NCBI GenBank assembly: GCA_002083825.1
Contig: DAZV01000036.1
Location: 103,934-167,933, forward strand
Length of the DNA stretch: 64,000 nt
Origin: Candidatus Sericytochromatia bacterium S15B-MN24 CBMW_12
GTDB lineage: Bacteria > Cyanobacteriota > Sericytochromatia > S15B-MN24 > UBA4093
Direction of reading: 5' to 3'
The notes under the pieces were generated by a model that was not told where the DNA came from, made no database searches, and worked only from the letters and a program-made list of their open reading frames with translations. The position numbers were made by a program, and so were the translations under genes. Positions 1 through 10,288 of the stretch are shown here, piece by piece (within the stretch, counting starts at the first letter, position 1; each line of letters opens with the position of its first letter).

Positions 1-269
1 ACCATGGGTTCTCCCACGAACTGCGCGACCATCTCGTGGGTGAGATCATCCGCCGTCGGTCCTAGGCCACCCGTGCAGATCACCAGATCCGCGCGCTCCC
101 ATGCCAGCGTCAGCGCCTGCTGGATGCGTTCGGGGTTGTCACCGACCGTCGTGATGAAGTAGAGGTCGATTCCCCGCATGGCGAGTTCGCGCGCGAGGTA
201 GGTGGCGTTGGTGTTGACTACTTGGCCGATGAGCAGTTCGGTTCCGATGTTCAGGATCTCGGCCCGCAT
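1..269 (-). CDS. cinA: CinA-like competence/damage-inducible protein, N-terminal MoCF-type domain (5' part only; gene runs off the window edge)
   Basis: Hand translation of the minus strand from ATG 269-267 gives [79 protein letters not shown]..., a typical CinA N-terminus. It is absent from the ORF track because the window edge truncates it. Confidence 0.7.
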   Translation of the reverse strand, partial: MRAEILNIGTELLIGQVVNTNATYLARELAMRGIDLYFITTVGDNPERIQQALTLAWERADLVICTGGLGPTADDLTHEMVAQFVGEPM

Positions 270-270
270 G

Positions 271-918
271 TCAACGGGTTCCGAAGGTGCGATCGCCCGC
301 GTCCCCGAGCCCGGGAACGATGTAGCCCTTTTCGTTGAGGTGATCGTCGACGCTCACCGTCAGGACGGGGACATCCGGATGCATGTCGTGGACGTGCTGG
401 ACGCCCTCGGGTGAGGCAATCAGGCAGAGGAATTTGATCCGCGAGACTCCGCGACGCTTGAAAAGCTCGATGGTCGCGACGGCGGATCCACCGGTCGCCA
501 GCATCGGGTCGATGATGAGGACGGTCGTCTCGGGGGGATAGCTCTCGGGAAGGTTGACGTAGTACTCGACGGGCGTCAGGGACGACTCGTTGCGATAGAG
601 CCCGATGTGACGGACCTCGGCTTCGGGTAGCAACTCCATCGCCGACTCCACCATGGCCAGGCCCGCGCGGAGAATCGGCGCGACGACGATGGGACGGTTA
701 CCCAGGGTCTTGCCCTTGGCGATGCCGAGGACCGTCTCGATATCGACCGGATCGGTCTCGAGGTCGCGGGTGGCTTCGAGGATCAGGAACTTGGCGAGTT
801 CTCTGGCGCGCTGTCGAAAGCGGCTGGTCGGAGTGTTGCGGTCCCGCAGGTCGGCGAGGGCATGATGCACGAGCGGATGGTCGAGAATCACGGTCATGGG
901 GTTGATTACTTGCGACAT
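271..918 (-). CDS. upp: uracil phosphoribosyltransferase
   Basis: 215-aa ORF with the PRPP-binding loop [13 protein letters not shown] and the C-terminal [12 protein letters not shown] motif. Length is typical of Upp. Confidence 0.92.
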   Translation of the reverse strand: MSQVINPMTVILDHPLVHHALADLRDRNTPTSRFRQRARELAKFLILEATRDLETDPVDIETVLGIAKGKTLGNRPIVVAPILRAGLAMVESAMELLPEAEVRHIGLYRNESSLTPVEYYVNLPESYPPETTVLIIDPMLATGGSAVATIELFKRRGVSRIKFLCLIASPEGVQHVHDMHPDVPVLTVSVDDHLNEKGYIVPGLGDAGDRTFGTR

Positions 919-943
919 GGGGTACTCCTTGTAGCCGCGGGAG

Positions 944-1474
944 CTAGGCGGTGGGGGTTTTCCAGAGGGTGCGGGTCTGCCAGAGGTACTCGACCCCGGA
1001 CCCGATGGTGAAGAGCATGGCGGCCCACCAGATGCCCTGGGCCACGGCGTTCAGGTTTGGAAAGCTGCCGACGGCCAGCAAGAGGATGATCGCCAGCATC
1101 TGGGTGACGGTCTTGAGCTTGCCCCACCAGCTGGCGGAAAGCAAGATGCCGGCGCTGATCGCGGCGGTCCTCAGGCCGGTGATCAGAAACTCGCGGCTCA
1201 GAACCAGCGTGACGGTCCAGGCGGGGATCACGCCCTGGTAGGTGAGTCCGGCCAAGGCGGCCGTGATCAGGATCTTGTCGACGAGGGGATCCAGCAACGC
1301 GCCTAGCGGGGTGACCTGATTGAGCTTGCGGGCGAGGTAGCCGTCGACCCAGTCGGTTCCCGAGGCGAAGGCGAAGATGGCCAAGGCCCAGACGTTGTGA
1401 CCCCCCTCGAGCGCGATCGCCAGCGGGATGATCAGGACGAAACGCGCGAGGGTGATCCAGTTGGGAAGGGTCAT
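944..1474 (-). CDS. pgsA: CDP-diacylglycerol--glycerol-3-phosphate 3-phosphatidyltransferase
   Basis: CDP-alcohol phosphatidyltransferase signature DWVDGYLAR-x8-G-x3-D-x3-D. ORF 944..1558 was trimmed to ATG 1474 (MTLPNWITLARF), which forms an ATGA overlap with the rimO stop. Confidence 0.85.
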   Translation of the reverse strand: MTLPNWITLARFVLIIPLAIALEGGHNVWALAIFAFASGTDWVDGYLARKLNQVTPLGALLDPLVDKILITAALAGLTYQGVIPAWTVTLVLSREFLITGLRTAAISAGILLSASWWGKLKTVTQMLAIILLLAVGSFPNLNAVAQGIWWAAMLFTIGSGVEYLWQTRTLWKTPTA

Positions 1475-2793
1475 GGGGTAACGACTTCTCCATGCAGGTC
1501 GTAGGCCTCGGCCCCGGTGATGCGAACCGGGACGATTTCGCCCGCGAAGACCGGCCAAAGCGAGGTCGCGAAGGTGGTTCCATCGATTTCCGGGGCGTCG
1601 CGATGGGTCCGTCCCACGAGGCGTCCGGTATCCGTTTCAACCCCTTCGACCAGCATGGGGAGGACTTTTCCGACGAGACTTTGATGAATGGCCAGCGACA
1701 CCGCTTGTTGCTCGCGCATGACGGCGTTACGGCGGCTGTCACGTTCTCGCTTGGGGACCGCGGGCTTCATCGTGGCGCCGGGAGTCCCCGTTTGGGGCGA
1801 GTAGGAGAAGGCGCCGACGTGATCCAGCTTGAGCGTTCGGACGCTTTCGAGCATGTGCGCGTGGTGTTCCTCGGTCTCGGTCGGGAAGCCCGTGATGAAG
1901 GTGGTGCGGATGACGAGGTTGGGATGGAGATCGCGCATCCGGTGGATGAGCTCGTCGACGGGTTCGTGACGCGGGCGGCGCATGGCCTTGAGGATGTCGG
2001 GATGCGTGTGCTGGAGGGGCATGTCGACATAGGGGACGACCTTGGGCAGGCGCGCCATGGTCGTGAGCAACTCATCGGACATGTAGTTGGGGTAAGCGTA
2101 AAGGACTCGGATCCACTCGGCGCCGGGCACTTCGTCCGAAAGGCGTTCGAGCAGCCGCGGGAATTGGAATCCGCCGCCCTTTTCCTGGCCGTAACGGGTG
2201 GTGTCCTCGGCGATCAGCACGATCTCCTTGACGCCGCCCTCGGTGAGCATCTTGGCCTCGTCGATGATGGTGTCCATCGGGCGCGAGGCGTAGCGGCCGC
2301 GCAACTGGGGAATGATGCAGAAGGTGCAGGCGTGGTCGCAGCCCTCGGAGATCTTGAGGTAGGCCGACGGTCCGATGGTGGTGAGCAGGCGCGGCAGGAT
2401 CACCGAGACCGGCGCCTGGGCCTTGTCCTGGACCATGGCGAAGCGCTCGCCGGACTGGACTCTTCCCACCACGTCGACGATCTTGTGGAACTCCGAGGTG
2501 CCTATCACGGCGTCGACTTCCGGCAGTTCCGCGAGCAGGTCTCCCTTGTGGCGCTGAACCAAGCAGCCCGTTACGATGAGCTTCTTGGAGAGCGTTCCGA
2601 GATCCAGGATGGTCCGGATGGATTCCCGCTGGGCCTCGTCGATGAAGGAGCACGTGTTGACCAGGAGGACATCGGCCTCGCGCTCATCGGAGACCATTTG
2701 GTAGCCTGACTGCGAGAGCAGGCCGAGCATGTTCTCGGTATCGACGGTGTTCTTCGAGCAGCCGAGACTGACGACTCCAACCTTGGTGGTCAC
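1471..2793 (-). CDS. rimO: ribosomal protein S12 methylthiotransferase (radical SAM MTTase)
   Basis: Contains VSLGCSKN and NTCSF MTTase N-domain motifs, radical-SAM CDHACTFC, and a C-terminal TRAM-like end. Start placed at GTG 2793 (VTTKVGVVSLGC) after GAAAGG. TTG 2832 is the ORF-track alternative. Confidence 0.85.
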   Translation of the reverse strand: MTTKVGVVSLGCSKNTVDTENMLGLLSQSGYQMVSDEREADVLLVNTCSFIDEAQRESIRTILDLGTLSKKLIVTGCLVQRHKGDLLAELPEVDAVIGTSEFHKIVDVVGRVQSGERFAMVQDKAQAPVSVILPRLLTTIGPSAYLKISEGCDHACTFCIIPQLRGRYASRPMDTIIDEAKMLTEGGVKEIVLIAEDTTRYGQEKGGGFQFPRLLERLSDEVPGAEWIRVLYAYPNYMSDELLTTMARLPKVVPYVDMPLQHTHPDILKAMRRPRHEPVDELIHRMRDLHPNLVIRTTFITGFPTETEEHHAHMLESVRTLKLDHVGAFSYSPQTGTPGATMKPAVPKRERDSRRNAVMREQQAVSLAIHQSLVGKVLPMLVEGVETDTGRLVGRTHRDAPEIDGTTFATSLWPVFAGEIVPVRITGAEAYDLHGEVVTP

Positions 2794-2812
2794 AGGATGC
2801 CTTTCTAGCGAG

Positions 2813-3937
2813 TTACTGGACTCCCCGACCAAGGACGATGTCCTCGGGGGCGCCGGCCTGTCCCTGAGTATAACTGTAATTCACCACGCGAGCGCCGATA
2901 TCCAAGGTGGTTCCCTTGACGCCGGGAATGACGACCAACTCGTTGGAGCCGAAGAGCGCCACCCAGAGTTCGGTGCCTTGACTGTTGAGCGCCAGCGCCT
3001 GAGGTTGCCGTACCTGCACGCCGGCATTATCGGGCTTGACCGATACCGCCTTACCGACGGCGCCGCTGCTGAGATCCACGGGCACGACGACCCCGGCATC
3101 CGGCACGGAGACGTAGGCTATCGGGTTTGTGAGGCTAGGGGAGATCACCACGTCCCAGGAGCCCGATACCCCCAAGTCATAACTCTGGCCCGCGGTTCCG
3201 GCCGCGAGGTCGATGCTCCAGAGTTTGCTCGAACCGCGATCGGTGACCAGCAACCGGTCGCCCTTCGGAGTGACCGCGGCCTTCCAGAGTTTGACCGCCC
3301 CGTTGAGGGTGATGGCGGAGCTCATCTGGGATCCCTTCAGGACGACGACCTGGCCCGCGGAGGCTCCGCCGGGGTTGCTGTTGCCCTCCGAGATCACGTA
3401 GGCGTCGCTCTTGTTGGCCGCCTCCGAGGTGGTGGGATGGGTGGCGATGCCGCGCGGCTGAAAGCCCGGATAGGTGGCCGCCGGAGCGAACTCGAAGGTG
3501 TGGATGCGGGAGCGGCTCTCGACGTCGATCTGGGCCACCGTCTTGTCGCCGGTGTTGGTGACGTAGAGGTAGCGGCCGTCAGGGGTGATGGCGACGTCCC
3601 AGGGGCGATCTCCCGAAGGCAGGGCCTTCTCGAGCTGGCGGGTACGGACGTTGAGCATGGAGATGGTGTTGGTGGAGTGGTTCGCGACGTAGAGGTACTC
3701 GCGATCCGAGCGCGGGTTGATCACCATGTTGGCCGGCGCGGATCCCGCCGGGATGGGATCGCCATCCGGGGCGCGCTGGATGAGGCTCACGACGTTGACT
3801 TGATCCATGGACTGCAGGCTGATGTAAGCCAGAAGCGTTGCAGGCTTACCATCGACCGCTCCTCCCAAGATGGAACAACCCGTCAAGCTCAACGCCAAAG
3901 GCAACGTCGCCCATTTTAGGGGGTTAAACACTCGCAT
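2813..3937 (-). CDS. YVTN-repeat beta-propeller lipoprotein
   Basis: Starts MRVFNPLKWATLPLALSLTGCS (signal peptide plus LTGC lipobox). Repeated YVANHSTNTISMLNV / YVTNTGDKTVAQIDV type YVTN propeller repeats follow. The longer ORF 2813..4765 overlaps the next gene and is rejected. Confidence 0.7.
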   Translation of the reverse strand: MRVFNPLKWATLPLALSLTGCSILGGAVDGKPATLLAYISLQSMDQVNVVSLIQRAPDGDPIPAGSAPANMVINPRSDREYLYVANHSTNTISMLNVRTRQLEKALPSGDRPWDVAITPDGRYLYVTNTGDKTVAQIDVESRSRIHTFEFAPAATYPGFQPRGIATHPTTSEAANKSDAYVISEGNSNPGGASAGQVVVLKGSQMSSAITLNGAVKLWKAAVTPKGDRLLVTDRGSSKLWSIDLAAGTAGQSYDLGVSGSWDVVISPSLTNPIAYVSVPDAGVVVPVDLSSGAVGKAVSVKPDNAGVQVRQPQALALNSQGTELWVALFGSNELVVIPGVKGTTLDIGARVVNYSYTQGQAGAPEDIVLGRGVQ

Positions 3938-4026
3938 CCGCTGCAATCCTCCTGTCTCGTCTCCGGCTATCATACCAGAGTCGCACCTTGACCGGTAGCC
4001 TGCTGTGATCCCGGCGGCGCGCAGCC

Positions 4027-7000
4027 TCAGGTCAGGGCGGAGAGAATGGCGCCGAGGGCGTCGAGCACCTCGGGATCGAAGTGATCGCTTTCCCGCATGG
4101 CCGTAAGGGTGGCGGCGGGGGCATGGGCTTCTCGATACGCCGTGATCGTGGTCATGCCGATGAAGGCCTCGGCCACCGCCAGGACCCGGGCGAGCAGCGG
4201 GATTTCCTGGCCGCTCAAGCCGTCGGGGTAACCCGTGCCGTTCCAGCGCTCGTGATGGTGGCGGACCACCGGGACCACGTCCCGCAGCGAACTGGTGGTG
4301 CCTATCAGGCGCGCGCCGACGGTCGCGTGGGTCTCCACCACCCGGCGTTCCTGGTCCGTGAGCAGGGCGGGCTTGCGCAGGATGGCATCGGGAATCGCCA
4401 CCTCTCCGATGTCGTGAAGGAGAGAGGCTTGCTGCAAGACGGCCAGCTGATCCGAATCGAGCGCCATCTGCCGGCCGATGGCATGCACCGTCTCGGCGAT
4501 GCGTTGGTTGTGCTCGCGGTTTTCGGCGTCGTTGGCCTCGAGCGCCCAGACCATGGTCATGAGGGCGTCGAGGTAGCCTTCCTGCTTGCGGGCATCCTGC
4601 TGGAGGCGATCGATCGCGACCGCTGCCTGTCCCGCGAGGCGACGCCCCAGGCGCTCGGCGGTCGCGCCGAAGTGCTCGCTTTGGCGGCTGACGAGCAGTA
4701 AGAGCCCCAAGCTGCGAGACTGATGGGTCAGCGGGAAGCAAGCGAGCGAGCGACCCTCGGTCCATTCCTTCAGGCGGGCGAGACCCGGCGCGGAGTCATC
4801 GAGCGGCATGATCCGGGGGGTTCCGGAGGCGCTCGACTCGCCGAGCGGTCCCTCGTTAGGCGGGATGATCCACCCCAGTCGCTGGGTCATGGGCAGGCCA
4901 TGGCTCGCGCGAAGCCTCAGCCCCCCCTGGGTATCGGTCAGGAGCAGCATGGCGAAATCGGCGGTCATCCCCTCGGAGGCGATTTCCATCAGCGCCTCCA
5001 GGGCGTCGTCGAGGTCGTCGACTCGCATGACGCGCTCTTCGAGCCGGTTGGCGAGGGTCATTTCACGGTTGACGTCCTGATAGAAGGAGTGCCAGACCTG
5101 TGAGACCGCGAGCCGCAGGCTCTGGGTGAAGCCCTCGACCACCTCCATGACCTGGAGGCGGTCCTGAGGGGAGAACGGGGCCTTCTGGACGTGGTGGCGA
5201 ATGTTGTCGCAAAGCGAAAGAATCAGCGATTCGCTCTGGGTGAGCGAGATGCCGCGGGAGATGAGCTGGCTGATTCCCAGGCGGACGAGTCGATACAGGT
5301 GAGCTTGTCCATCGGGGGCTTCGTCGGAAGCGAGGCGATCCCCCAGACGCCGAAGCAGCGCTTCGAGCGCATCGCGCCAGCGATCGAGCTGTGCGCCCAT
5401 GAGCGGGACATCCAGCTCGCCGAGTCGGCGCTGTAGTTCGGTGGTGTGAGCCGCGAGCCCGCTGAGGATGTAACCCTGCCAGGCCGCGACATCGAAGGCC
5501 TCGCCCGAACGGGCCGGAGCACGCCGTGGGAGCTCCGCGGTTCCCCGCGGCGGCGTGTCGACGAGGACCGCGAGCGATCCCGGAGCGTTGGCGATGCAGA
5601 CGCGGTCGCGCCCCCCATGCTTGGCCTCGTAGAGTGCCGCATCCGACAAATCGATCAGTTCCTCGGGCTTGATCTCGGTCGCGGGGCGCGCGGCGATCCC
5701 GATGGACGCCGTCACCCGCACCGGGGTCTGGCCCCGTCCCCAGAAGGGATGCCGCGCCAGGTTCTTGCGGATTCGCTTGGCGACCTCTAGGGCCTGCTCG
5801 CATGTGGTCTCCGGAAGAATCACCGCGAACTCCTCGCCGCCGTAGCGGGCGACGACATCGGTCTCGCGGGTCGAGTCTCGCAGGATCTGCCCGAAGGAGC
5901 GAAGCACCTGGTCGCCTAGCAAGTGACCATGCGTATCGTTGAAGCGCTTGAAGTGATCCAGATCGATGATCATCAAGGCGACGGAGTAGCCGAAACGCGG
6001 AGCCCGCCGGAACTCGGCCTCCAGCTGACGCTGGAAGTACCGCCGGTTGTAAACGCCTGTCAGCCCATCGGTGATGGCCAATTGCTGAGAAGCCTGATAC
6101 AGCTGGGCGTTCCGGATGGCGACGGCGGCATGGCTCGCGATGACGGTGAGCATGCGTTCGGTGACCGTGGAGAATAGCCCGGTAGCGTGCTTTGCGATGG
6201 CGATGACGCCGAGGGTGTCGCCCTCGGCGGAGATGGGAACGGCCAGCAGAGCCCGATGGCCGAGCAGCGCGGCGTAGGCGTCGGGGTCGAGCGCGGGGAT
6301 GTGGACGCACTCCGAGTTTTCGGCGGCTTTGCCGATGGGACCCTCTCCGATCGGGATTGGGGGGATGCGGCGATTGGGTGGGTCGGCGGACATGGGTTGG
6401 GCCAAGAGCATTTGACCCGCGTCATCCTTGAGGAAGATCAGGCATTCGTCGCAGGCGAGGACCTGCCGGACCTCCGTGCCGATCATGACCATGGTTTGAC
6501 GCAGGTCGATCTGGGCGCTGATTCGCTGGGCGATTTCGTGAAGGACGGAGAGCTCCTGGTGAGCTTGCTGGAGTTCGCTTTGTTGCTGGCGCGTCTTGAG
6601 GTAGAGGATGAAGACGCCCGCGGACAAGAGCAAGGGTACCAGGAGCAGGGCCGCCCCCATGAGGCCATGAAGGTGGTACAGCAGGACCATCAGCGCGGAA
6701 AGGGGGCCCAGCATCAGGGTGCTTAGGAGTTCCCAGCGATCGTCTTCCCAGAGGAGGCGGAATACCGGGGCATCTTTGGCGAGGGCGAGGAAGCCGTTGA
6801 CGAGGGTGACGTTGACCGTGAGGTAGGCGAGGGTCGCCAGGAAGAAGAAGGGCACGTCGCTGAAGGAAAGGTTTTCGGCGGGGGTGATGCCGGCCCAGGT
6901 GAAGACCGCAAAGCTTGCGGCGCACGAGAAGGTGTACTGGGCGAAGTTGAAGGCGGCGAGCGACCAGTGGCGACGCTGCACCAGCATGTGCGCGGCGAGC

Positions 7001-7281
7001 GAGACTCCCAGGAGCAGCAGGACCGTCGCGGAGAGCCCCTGGATCAGCAGGGACGCGAAGAAGATGGCGAAGCTCGCGGTCAGTTGACCGCCACGGCGCA
7101 AGGGAACACCCAGGAGTTCGGTGGCGATGCCCAGCAGCAGCATGACCCAGAAGAGCCAGCCGTCGAGCAGGAGCGGCGAGGTGGGACGCACCCAGAGCCA
7201 CGCCGCCATGAGGGTGCCGGCGAGCGTCACGGCCCGGAAGTAATGGCTGGATAGGACGGCGCGGTCGATCACGGGCCCCAC
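4027..7281 (-). CDS. multi-pass membrane signalling protein: GAF - GGDEF (diguanylate cyclase) - helical linker - GAF - HD-GYP (c-di-GMP phosphodiesterase)
   Basis: The first ~230 aa are hydrophobic. The GGEEF active site has an RETD I-site 5 aa upstream. The C-terminus carries HDIGE ... HHERWNGTGYPDGL (HD-GYP). Start is GTG at 7281. Confidence 0.85.
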   Translation of the reverse strand: MGPVIDRAVLSSHYFRAVTLAGTLMAAWLWVRPTSPLLLDGWLFWVMLLLGIATELLGVPLRRGGQLTASFAIFFASLLIQGLSATVLLLLGVSLAAHMLVQRRHWSLAAFNFAQYTFSCAASFAVFTWAGITPAENLSFSDVPFFFLATLAYLTVNVTLVNGFLALAKDAPVFRLLWEDDRWELLSTLMLGPLSALMVLLYHLHGLMGAALLLVPLLLSAGVFILYLKTRQQQSELQQAHQELSVLHEIAQRISAQIDLRQTMVMIGTEVRQVLACDECLIFLKDDAGQMLLAQPMSADPPNRRIPPIPIGEGPIGKAAENSECVHIPALDPDAYAALLGHRALLAVPISAEGDTLGVIAIAKHATGLFSTVTERMLTVIASHAAVAIRNAQLYQASQQLAITDGLTGVYNRRYFQRQLEAEFRRAPRFGYSVALMIIDLDHFKRFNDTHGHLLGDQVLRSFGQILRDSTRETDVVARYGGEEFAVILPETTCEQALEVAKRIRKNLARHPFWGRGQTPVRVTASIGIAARPATEIKPEELIDLSDAALYEAKHGGRDRVCIANAPGSLAVLVDTPPRGTAELPRRAPARSGEAFDVAAWQGYILSGLAAHTTELQRRLGELDVPLMGAQLDRWRDALEALLRRLGDRLASDEAPDGQAHLYRLVRLGISQLISRGISLTQSESLILSLCDNIRHHVQKAPFSPQDRLQVMEVVEGFTQSLRLAVSQVWHSFYQDVNREMTLANRLEERVMRVDDLDDALEALMEIASEGMTADFAMLLLTDTQGGLRLRASHGLPMTQRLGWIIPPNEGPLGESSASGTPRIMPLDDSAPGLARLKEWTEGRSLACFPLTHQSRSLGLLLLVSRQSEHFGATAERLGRRLAGQAAVAIDRLQQDARKQEGYLDALMTMVWALEANDAENREHNQRIAETVHAIGRQMALDSDQLAVLQQASLLHDIGEVAIPDAILRKPALLTDQERRVVETHATVGARLIGTTSSLRDVVPVVRHHHERWNGTGYPDGLSGQEIPLLARVLAVAEAFIGMTTITAYREAHAPAATLTAMRESDHFDPEVLDALGAILSALT

Positions 7282-7389
7282 TGTCTTTTTAGATGCGATC
7301 CGCGCCCGTCGAGGCGAGGGACCAAGCTGACGTAAGAGCTTCAGTATACCATCTCCGGGGCTCTGCTCGATGCTTTCCCGCGATTTCCT

Positions 7390-7418
7390 TTGACGAATCG
7401 GCTTATAGTCAGTAACAT
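7390..7418 (+). promoter_or_regulatory. putative sigma70-type promoter of typA (TTGACG-17-TAACAT)
   Basis: TTGACG at 7390-7395, a 17-nt spacer, and TAACAT at 7413-7418, about 50 nt upstream of the TTG start. Confidence 0.35.
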
Positions 7419-7470
7419 GGTAGATCGCGAATCAACATAACCTAATCAATCACCATTCCGAGGAGAGAGC

Positions 7471-9255
7471 TTGAACGAGAATATCCGAAACGTCGCCATC
7501 ATCGCCCACGTCGATCATGGCAAAACCACCCTGGTAGACGGCCTGCTGCGGCAGTCGGGCGTCTTCCGTGCCAACGAAGTCATGATCGAGTGCGTCATGG
7601 ACTCCGGGGACATCGAGCGCGAGCGGGGCATCACCATCCTCGCCAAGAACACCGCCGTCGCGTACAACGGCCACAAGATCAACATCGTCGACACCCCCGG
7701 CCACGCCGACTTCGGCGGGGAGGTCGAACGCGTCCTCGGGATGGTCGACGGCTGCCTGCTCATCGTCGACGCCTTCGACGGCCCGATGCCGCAGACCCGC
7801 TTCGTCCTCCGCAAGGCGCTCGAAAAAGGCCTCAAGCCGATCGTCGTCATCAACAAGATCGACCGCCCCGGCGCCCGCCCCGAGGAAGTCGTCGACCTCG
7901 TACTCGACCTCTTCATCGACCTCGGCGCCGACGACTCGCAGATCGAGTTCCCGGTTATCTATGCTTCGGGCATCTCGGGCTTCGCCAAGGACAACCTCGA
8001 AGACGAATCGATCGATCTTCGCCCCCTCTTCGACGCCATCCTCCAGCATGTCCCGGCGCCGCTGGGTGATTCCACCAAGCCCCTGCAGCTTCAGGTCACC
8101 ACCCTGGACTACTCGGAGTATCTGGGTCGCATCGTAATCGGTCGCATCCATAACGGCACCATCCGGGCCAATGAACCCTGCGTGCTGATTCGGACCGACG
8201 GCAGCATCACCAAGGGCAAGATTGCGAAGCTCTTCACCTTCAGCGGCCTGAAGCGGATCGAGGTCGAGGAGGCTCTGGCCGGCGACCTCGTCGCGGTCGC
8301 CGGATTCCCGGATGCCAACATCGGCGAGACCCTCGCCAGCGCAGCCGACCCCAATCCCCTGCCGCTCATCCGCGTCGACGAGCCCACGCTGCAGATGACC
8401 TTCTCGGTCAACGACAGCCCCTTCGCCGGCCGTGAAGGCAAGTACGTCACCAGCCGCCAGATCCGTCAGCGGCTCATGCGTGAACTCGAAAGCAACGTCT
8501 CGCTGCGCGTCGACGACACCGACACCACGGATGCCTTCCTCGTGAGCGGTCGCGGCGAGCTTCACCTCGGCATCCTCGTCGAGACCATGCGCCGGGAAGG
8601 CTACGAGTTCCAGATCTCCAAGCCCAAGGTCATCTTCCGCGAGGTGAACGGCAAGACCTACGAGCCGTTCGAGATGCTGGTGGTGGACGTCCCCGATTGG
8701 GCCGCCGGTACCTGCATCGAGCGTCTGGGTCAGCGTCGTTCGGAAATGCAGAAGATGGATGCCACCGGTGTGCGCACCGTTCTCGAGTTCCTGATGCCTT
8801 CCCGGGGACTGATCGGGTTCCGGAGCGAATTCATCCGCGCCACCAAGGGCGAGGGGATCATGACCCACTCCTTCTTCGATTATCAGCCGCACGTCGGCGA
8901 GATCGGCAACCTGCGAAACGGTGTGTTGATCGCCCACGAGGACGGAGATTCCACGGCCTACGCCATCCAGAACCTGGAAGACCGGGGAATGTTCTTCATC
9001 GCGCCCGGCGTCAAGGTCTATGCCGGCATGATCGTGGGCGAGCATAACCGCTCTCAGGACATCGTGATCAACGTCTGCCGCACGAAGAAGCTCACCAACA
9101 TGCGGGCAGCGGGAGGCGAGGAGCTGGTTCGGCTCACCCCTCCGGTGGACATGAACCTCGAGCGCGCCATGGAGTACATCAACGAGGATGAACTCGTCGA
9201 GATCACTCCGCAATCGGTGCGTCTGCGCAAGCAGAAGCTCACCGGCCTGAAGTAA
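7471..9255 (+). CDS. typA: translational GTPase TypA/BipA
   Basis: Starts [26 protein letters not shown], with DTPGHADF and NKID G-motifs; 594 aa. TTG start at 7471 is preceded by GAGGAGAG. Confidence 0.95.
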   Translation: MNENIRNVAIIAHVDHGKTTLVDGLLRQSGVFRANEVMIECVMDSGDIERERGITILAKNTAVAYNGHKINIVDTPGHADFGGEVERVLGMVDGCLLIVDAFDGPMPQTRFVLRKALEKGLKPIVVINKIDRPGARPEEVVDLVLDLFIDLGADDSQIEFPVIYASGISGFAKDNLEDESIDLRPLFDAILQHVPAPLGDSTKPLQLQVTTLDYSEYLGRIVIGRIHNGTIRANEPCVLIRTDGSITKGKIAKLFTFSGLKRIEVEEALAGDLVAVAGFPDANIGETLASAADPNPLPLIRVDEPTLQMTFSVNDSPFAGREGKYVTSRQIRQRLMRELESNVSLRVDDTDTTDAFLVSGRGELHLGILVETMRREGYEFQISKPKVIFREVNGKTYEPFEMLVVDVPDWAAGTCIERLGQRRSEMQKMDATGVRTVLEFLMPSRGLIGFRSEFIRATKGEGIMTHSFFDYQPHVGEIGNLRNGVLIAHEDGDSTAYAIQNLEDRGMFFIAPGVKVYAGMIVGEHNRSQDIVINVCRTKKLTNMRAAGGEELVRLTPPVDMNLERAMEYINEDELVEITPQSVRLRKQKLTGLK

Positions 9256-9262
9256 GACCCAA

Positions 9263-9286
9263 GAGGCCCGGCGAAAGCCGGGCCTC
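9263..9286 (+). terminator. GC-rich hairpin after typA (10-bp perfect stem, GAAA loop)
   Basis: GAGGCCCGGC-gaaa-GCCGGGCCTC begins 8 nt after the typA stop. There is no clear U-tract. Confidence 0.45.
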
Positions 9287-9334
9287 GGTCATGGTATGAT
9301 ATTTGGGTCCAATCAACCTCAATGGGGCTCGACC

Positions 9335-9847
9335 ATGTCGCTTGCCATCTACCCGGGGTCCTTCGACCCCATCACCAACGGCCACCTCGATATCCTGGTT
9401 CGCGCCAGCCAGATTTTCGACGAGGTGATCGTCGCGGTGCTTCAGAACACCTCGAAGCACTGCATGCTCGACTTCCAGGAACGCGTCGAGCTGATTCAGG
9501 CCGTCACGGCGCACATGCCGAGAGTCTCGGTGGATTCGTTCTTCGGGTTGACGGCCGACTACGCGCAGCTCAAGGGGGCGAAGAACCTGATTCGAGGCCT
9601 GAGAGCCGTTTCGGATTTCGACGCCGAGCTGCGCATCGCCTTGGCGAACAAGAAGCTCAACCCGGAACTCGAGACGGTCTTTCTGATGACCTCGTCGGAG
9701 TACCTCTTCTTGTCGTCGAGCACGGTTCGCGAGATCGCCTCCCTGGGGGGTCCGACAGCCGGCATGGTCCCCGAGATCGTCGAGCGCCGCCTGAGCGATA
9801 AGTTCGCTGTCCAGGTCAACAGGAGGAATGCGCTATCACAAAGCTAG
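9335..9847 (+). CDS. coaD: phosphopantetheine adenylyltransferase
   Basis: Starts MSLAIYPGSFDPITNGHLDILVRA (TxGH nucleotidyltransferase motif); about 170 aa. ATG 9335 lies inside ORF 9296..9847. Confidence 0.92.
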   Translation: MSLAIYPGSFDPITNGHLDILVRASQIFDEVIVAVLQNTSKHCMLDFQERVELIQAVTAHMPRVSVDSFFGLTADYAQLKGAKNLIRGLRAVSDFDAELRIALANKKLNPELETVFLMTSSEYLFLSSSTVREIASLGGPTAGMVPEIVERRLSDKFAVQVNRRNALSQS

Positions 9848-9873
9848 AGCAAGCCCTCTTCGCCATCGAAGAG

Positions 9874-10287
9874 TTGGTCGTGAAATGTCCTCGGGTTCCC
9901 TTCACCAGCCGTGCGCTGGTGGACGAGGATCGGTTGCTCGACTTGATCGAGGAGCTGAGAGCCCTCATCCCTACCGAGCTTCAGCAAGCCCAGGACCTGG
10001 TTGCCCAGCGCGACCAGATCCTGGAAGATGCCAAGCGTCAAGCGGAGGCGCGCCTCTCCGAAGCCCGCCAGATGGCCCACGCCATGACGGCGGAACACGC
10101 CATCATGCGCGAGGCGATCGAGGAATCCGAAAAGGTTCGCAAGCAACTCGCGCAGGACACGCATGGCCAGCAAGTCAGTGCCGATCGTTACGCCGAGGAG
10201 CTCCTCACCGAGCTCGAAGCCAAGATCACCCGCGCCCTCACCATCATCCAGAACGGGCGCGGCATGTTGAACACCGAGAAGGTTTAG
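9874..10287 (+). CDS. hypothetical coiled-coil protein (start uncertain)
   Basis: 137-aa ORF, Glu/Ala/Gln/Arg-rich and predicted helical, with no family recognised by eye. The reading frame stays open upstream to 9835 with protein-like sequence. Confidence 0.5.
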   Translation: MVVKCPRVPFTSRALVDEDRLLDLIEELRALIPTELQQAQDLVAQRDQILEDAKRQAEARLSEARQMAHAMTAEHAIMREAIEESEKVRKQLAQDTHGQQVSADRYAEELLTELEAKITRALTIIQNGRGMLNTEKV

Positions 10288-10288
10288 C

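Noticed and set aside
3938-4765. N-terminal 276-aa extension of ORF 2813..4765
   Set aside because: It is Arg/Pro/Gly-rich with no motifs and overlaps the C-terminal HD-GYP coding region of 4027..7281 on the same strand in another frame. The lipoprotein signal peptide begins at ATG 3937.
7450-9213. 587-aa ORF antisense to typA. Similar long shadow ORFs include 1492..2709, 23474..25156, 27354..29003, 30085..31461, 34048..35694, 45858..47489, 51870..52847, 53174..54109, 54100..55338, 56915..57988, 59143..60372 and 62535..63800.
   Set aside because: Each lies opposite a gene with unmistakable family motifs. Their translations are Gly/Asp/Val/Ala/Arg-rich low-complexity strings typical of antisense frames in high-GC DNA, and none shows a recognisable domain.
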